DNA from: an uncultured Erysipelotrichaceae bacterium
GTDB taxonomy: Bacteria; Bacillota_I; Bacilli_A; Erysipelotrichales; Erysipelotrichaceae
Length of the DNA: 32,000 nucleotides
Reading direction: 5' to 3'
NCBI GenBank assembly: GCA_942493105.1
Contig: OW818668.1
Coordinates: 840,001-872,000 of the forward strand
In this document: positions 31,796-32,000 of the stretch, piece after piece
How positions within the stretch are numbered: position 1 is the stretch's first letter
Layout: every line of letters begins with the position of its first letter
Position numbers and translations under genes: made by a program
Notes under the pieces: generated by a model
What the model saw: the letters and a program-made list of their open reading frames with translations, nothing else
What the model was told of the DNA's origin: nothing
The model's database searches: none

Positions 31796-31817
31796 AAGAC
31801 AGCTTATTAGCTGTCTT
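31796..31817 (-). terminator. Probable terminator after the GntR-family gene
   Basis: AAGACAGCT / TATT / AGCTGTCTT hairpin, followed on the minus strand by TTTTC. It abuts the stop codon. Confidence 0.55.
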
Positions 31818-32000
31818 CAGATACGTTGAATGGAAGTCCTATAGGAAGACTGGGTCACACTAAATCGATCAGATCGATAATAAGTCGAAGTAAATTCAAA
31901 GGCAGTGCCGTTTTTTAAATATGAAACCATGGTGATTTTAAGTAAAGGCAATCCGACTTCTACTTGAAGCAACTGAGCTAATCTTTCGTTCGCAACCACC
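31817..32000 (-). CDS. 3' end of a GntR/HutC-family regulator (UTRA effector-binding domain); the 5' end lies outside the window
   Basis: The C-terminal sequence ..LLKITMVSYLKNGTAFEFTSTYYRSDRFSV.. resembles the end of UTRA domains. The ORF is open to the window edge, so the listed start is an artefact. Confidence 0.55.
   Translation of the reverse strand, partial: VVANERLAQLLQVEVGLPLLKITMVSYLKNGTAFEFTSTYYRSDRFSVTQSSYRTSIQRI

Noticed and set aside
1-32000. An alternative genetic code (for example TGA=Trp as in Mollicutes, or stop-codon reassignment explaining the in-frame TAA at 6831)
   Set aside because: Long family-consistent ORFs end at TAA, TAG and TGA in sensible positions, and none needs read-through. 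The single in-frame TAA is better explained as a nonsense mutation or a short gene.

Overview
AT-rich, standard-code bacterial chromosome segment that looks Firmicutes-like: GGAGG-type ribosome-binding sites, sortase and cell-wall sorting signal, LysM/G5/M23 peptidase, PTS. It holds about 32 genes, mostly on the + strand. I saw no rRNA, tRNA, CRISPR array, transposase or integrase. Left to right: the 3' part of a YhgE/Pip-like heptad-repeat protein; a small membrane protein; an ArsP-like (COG0701) permease with a CxxC thioredoxin-fold partner; Tex; a class B sortase; a CsbD-like mini-gene; a 704-aa c-di-GMP protein; a wall-anchored DUF3494 (ice-binding-like) protein; an FTR1 iron permease; a LysM-G5-M23 peptidase; a PHP phosphoesterase; a CTPC membrane protein; a minus-strand mhq-like quinone-detoxification operon; a 6.4-kb PTS island; MgtC (minus strand); an Fe3+-type ABC transporter; a dienelactone hydrolase; two convergent anSME-type radical-SAM/SPASM maturases; and the 3' end of a GntR/HutC regulator. 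Main candidates for new biology: (1) The PTS island encodes a creatininase-family hydrolase, a UlaA-type EIIC, two BtpA/SgcQ paralogs, DeoR, EIIA, EIIB and a COG1735 phosphotriesterase-like lactonase. It has no Ula catabolic enzymes, and six AATGT boxes phased at about 10 bp lie over its promoter. (2) The c-di-GMP protein carries 15 tandem 21-residue helical repeats, a degenerate GGDEF domain (NHGGF) that keeps an RxxD I-site, and an intact HD-GYP. It sits between the class B sortase and a surface protein with an NVPNTG sorting signal. (3) The two anSME-like maturases have no sulfatase in the window. All calls come from reading the sequence and recalling family motifs; no searches were run.
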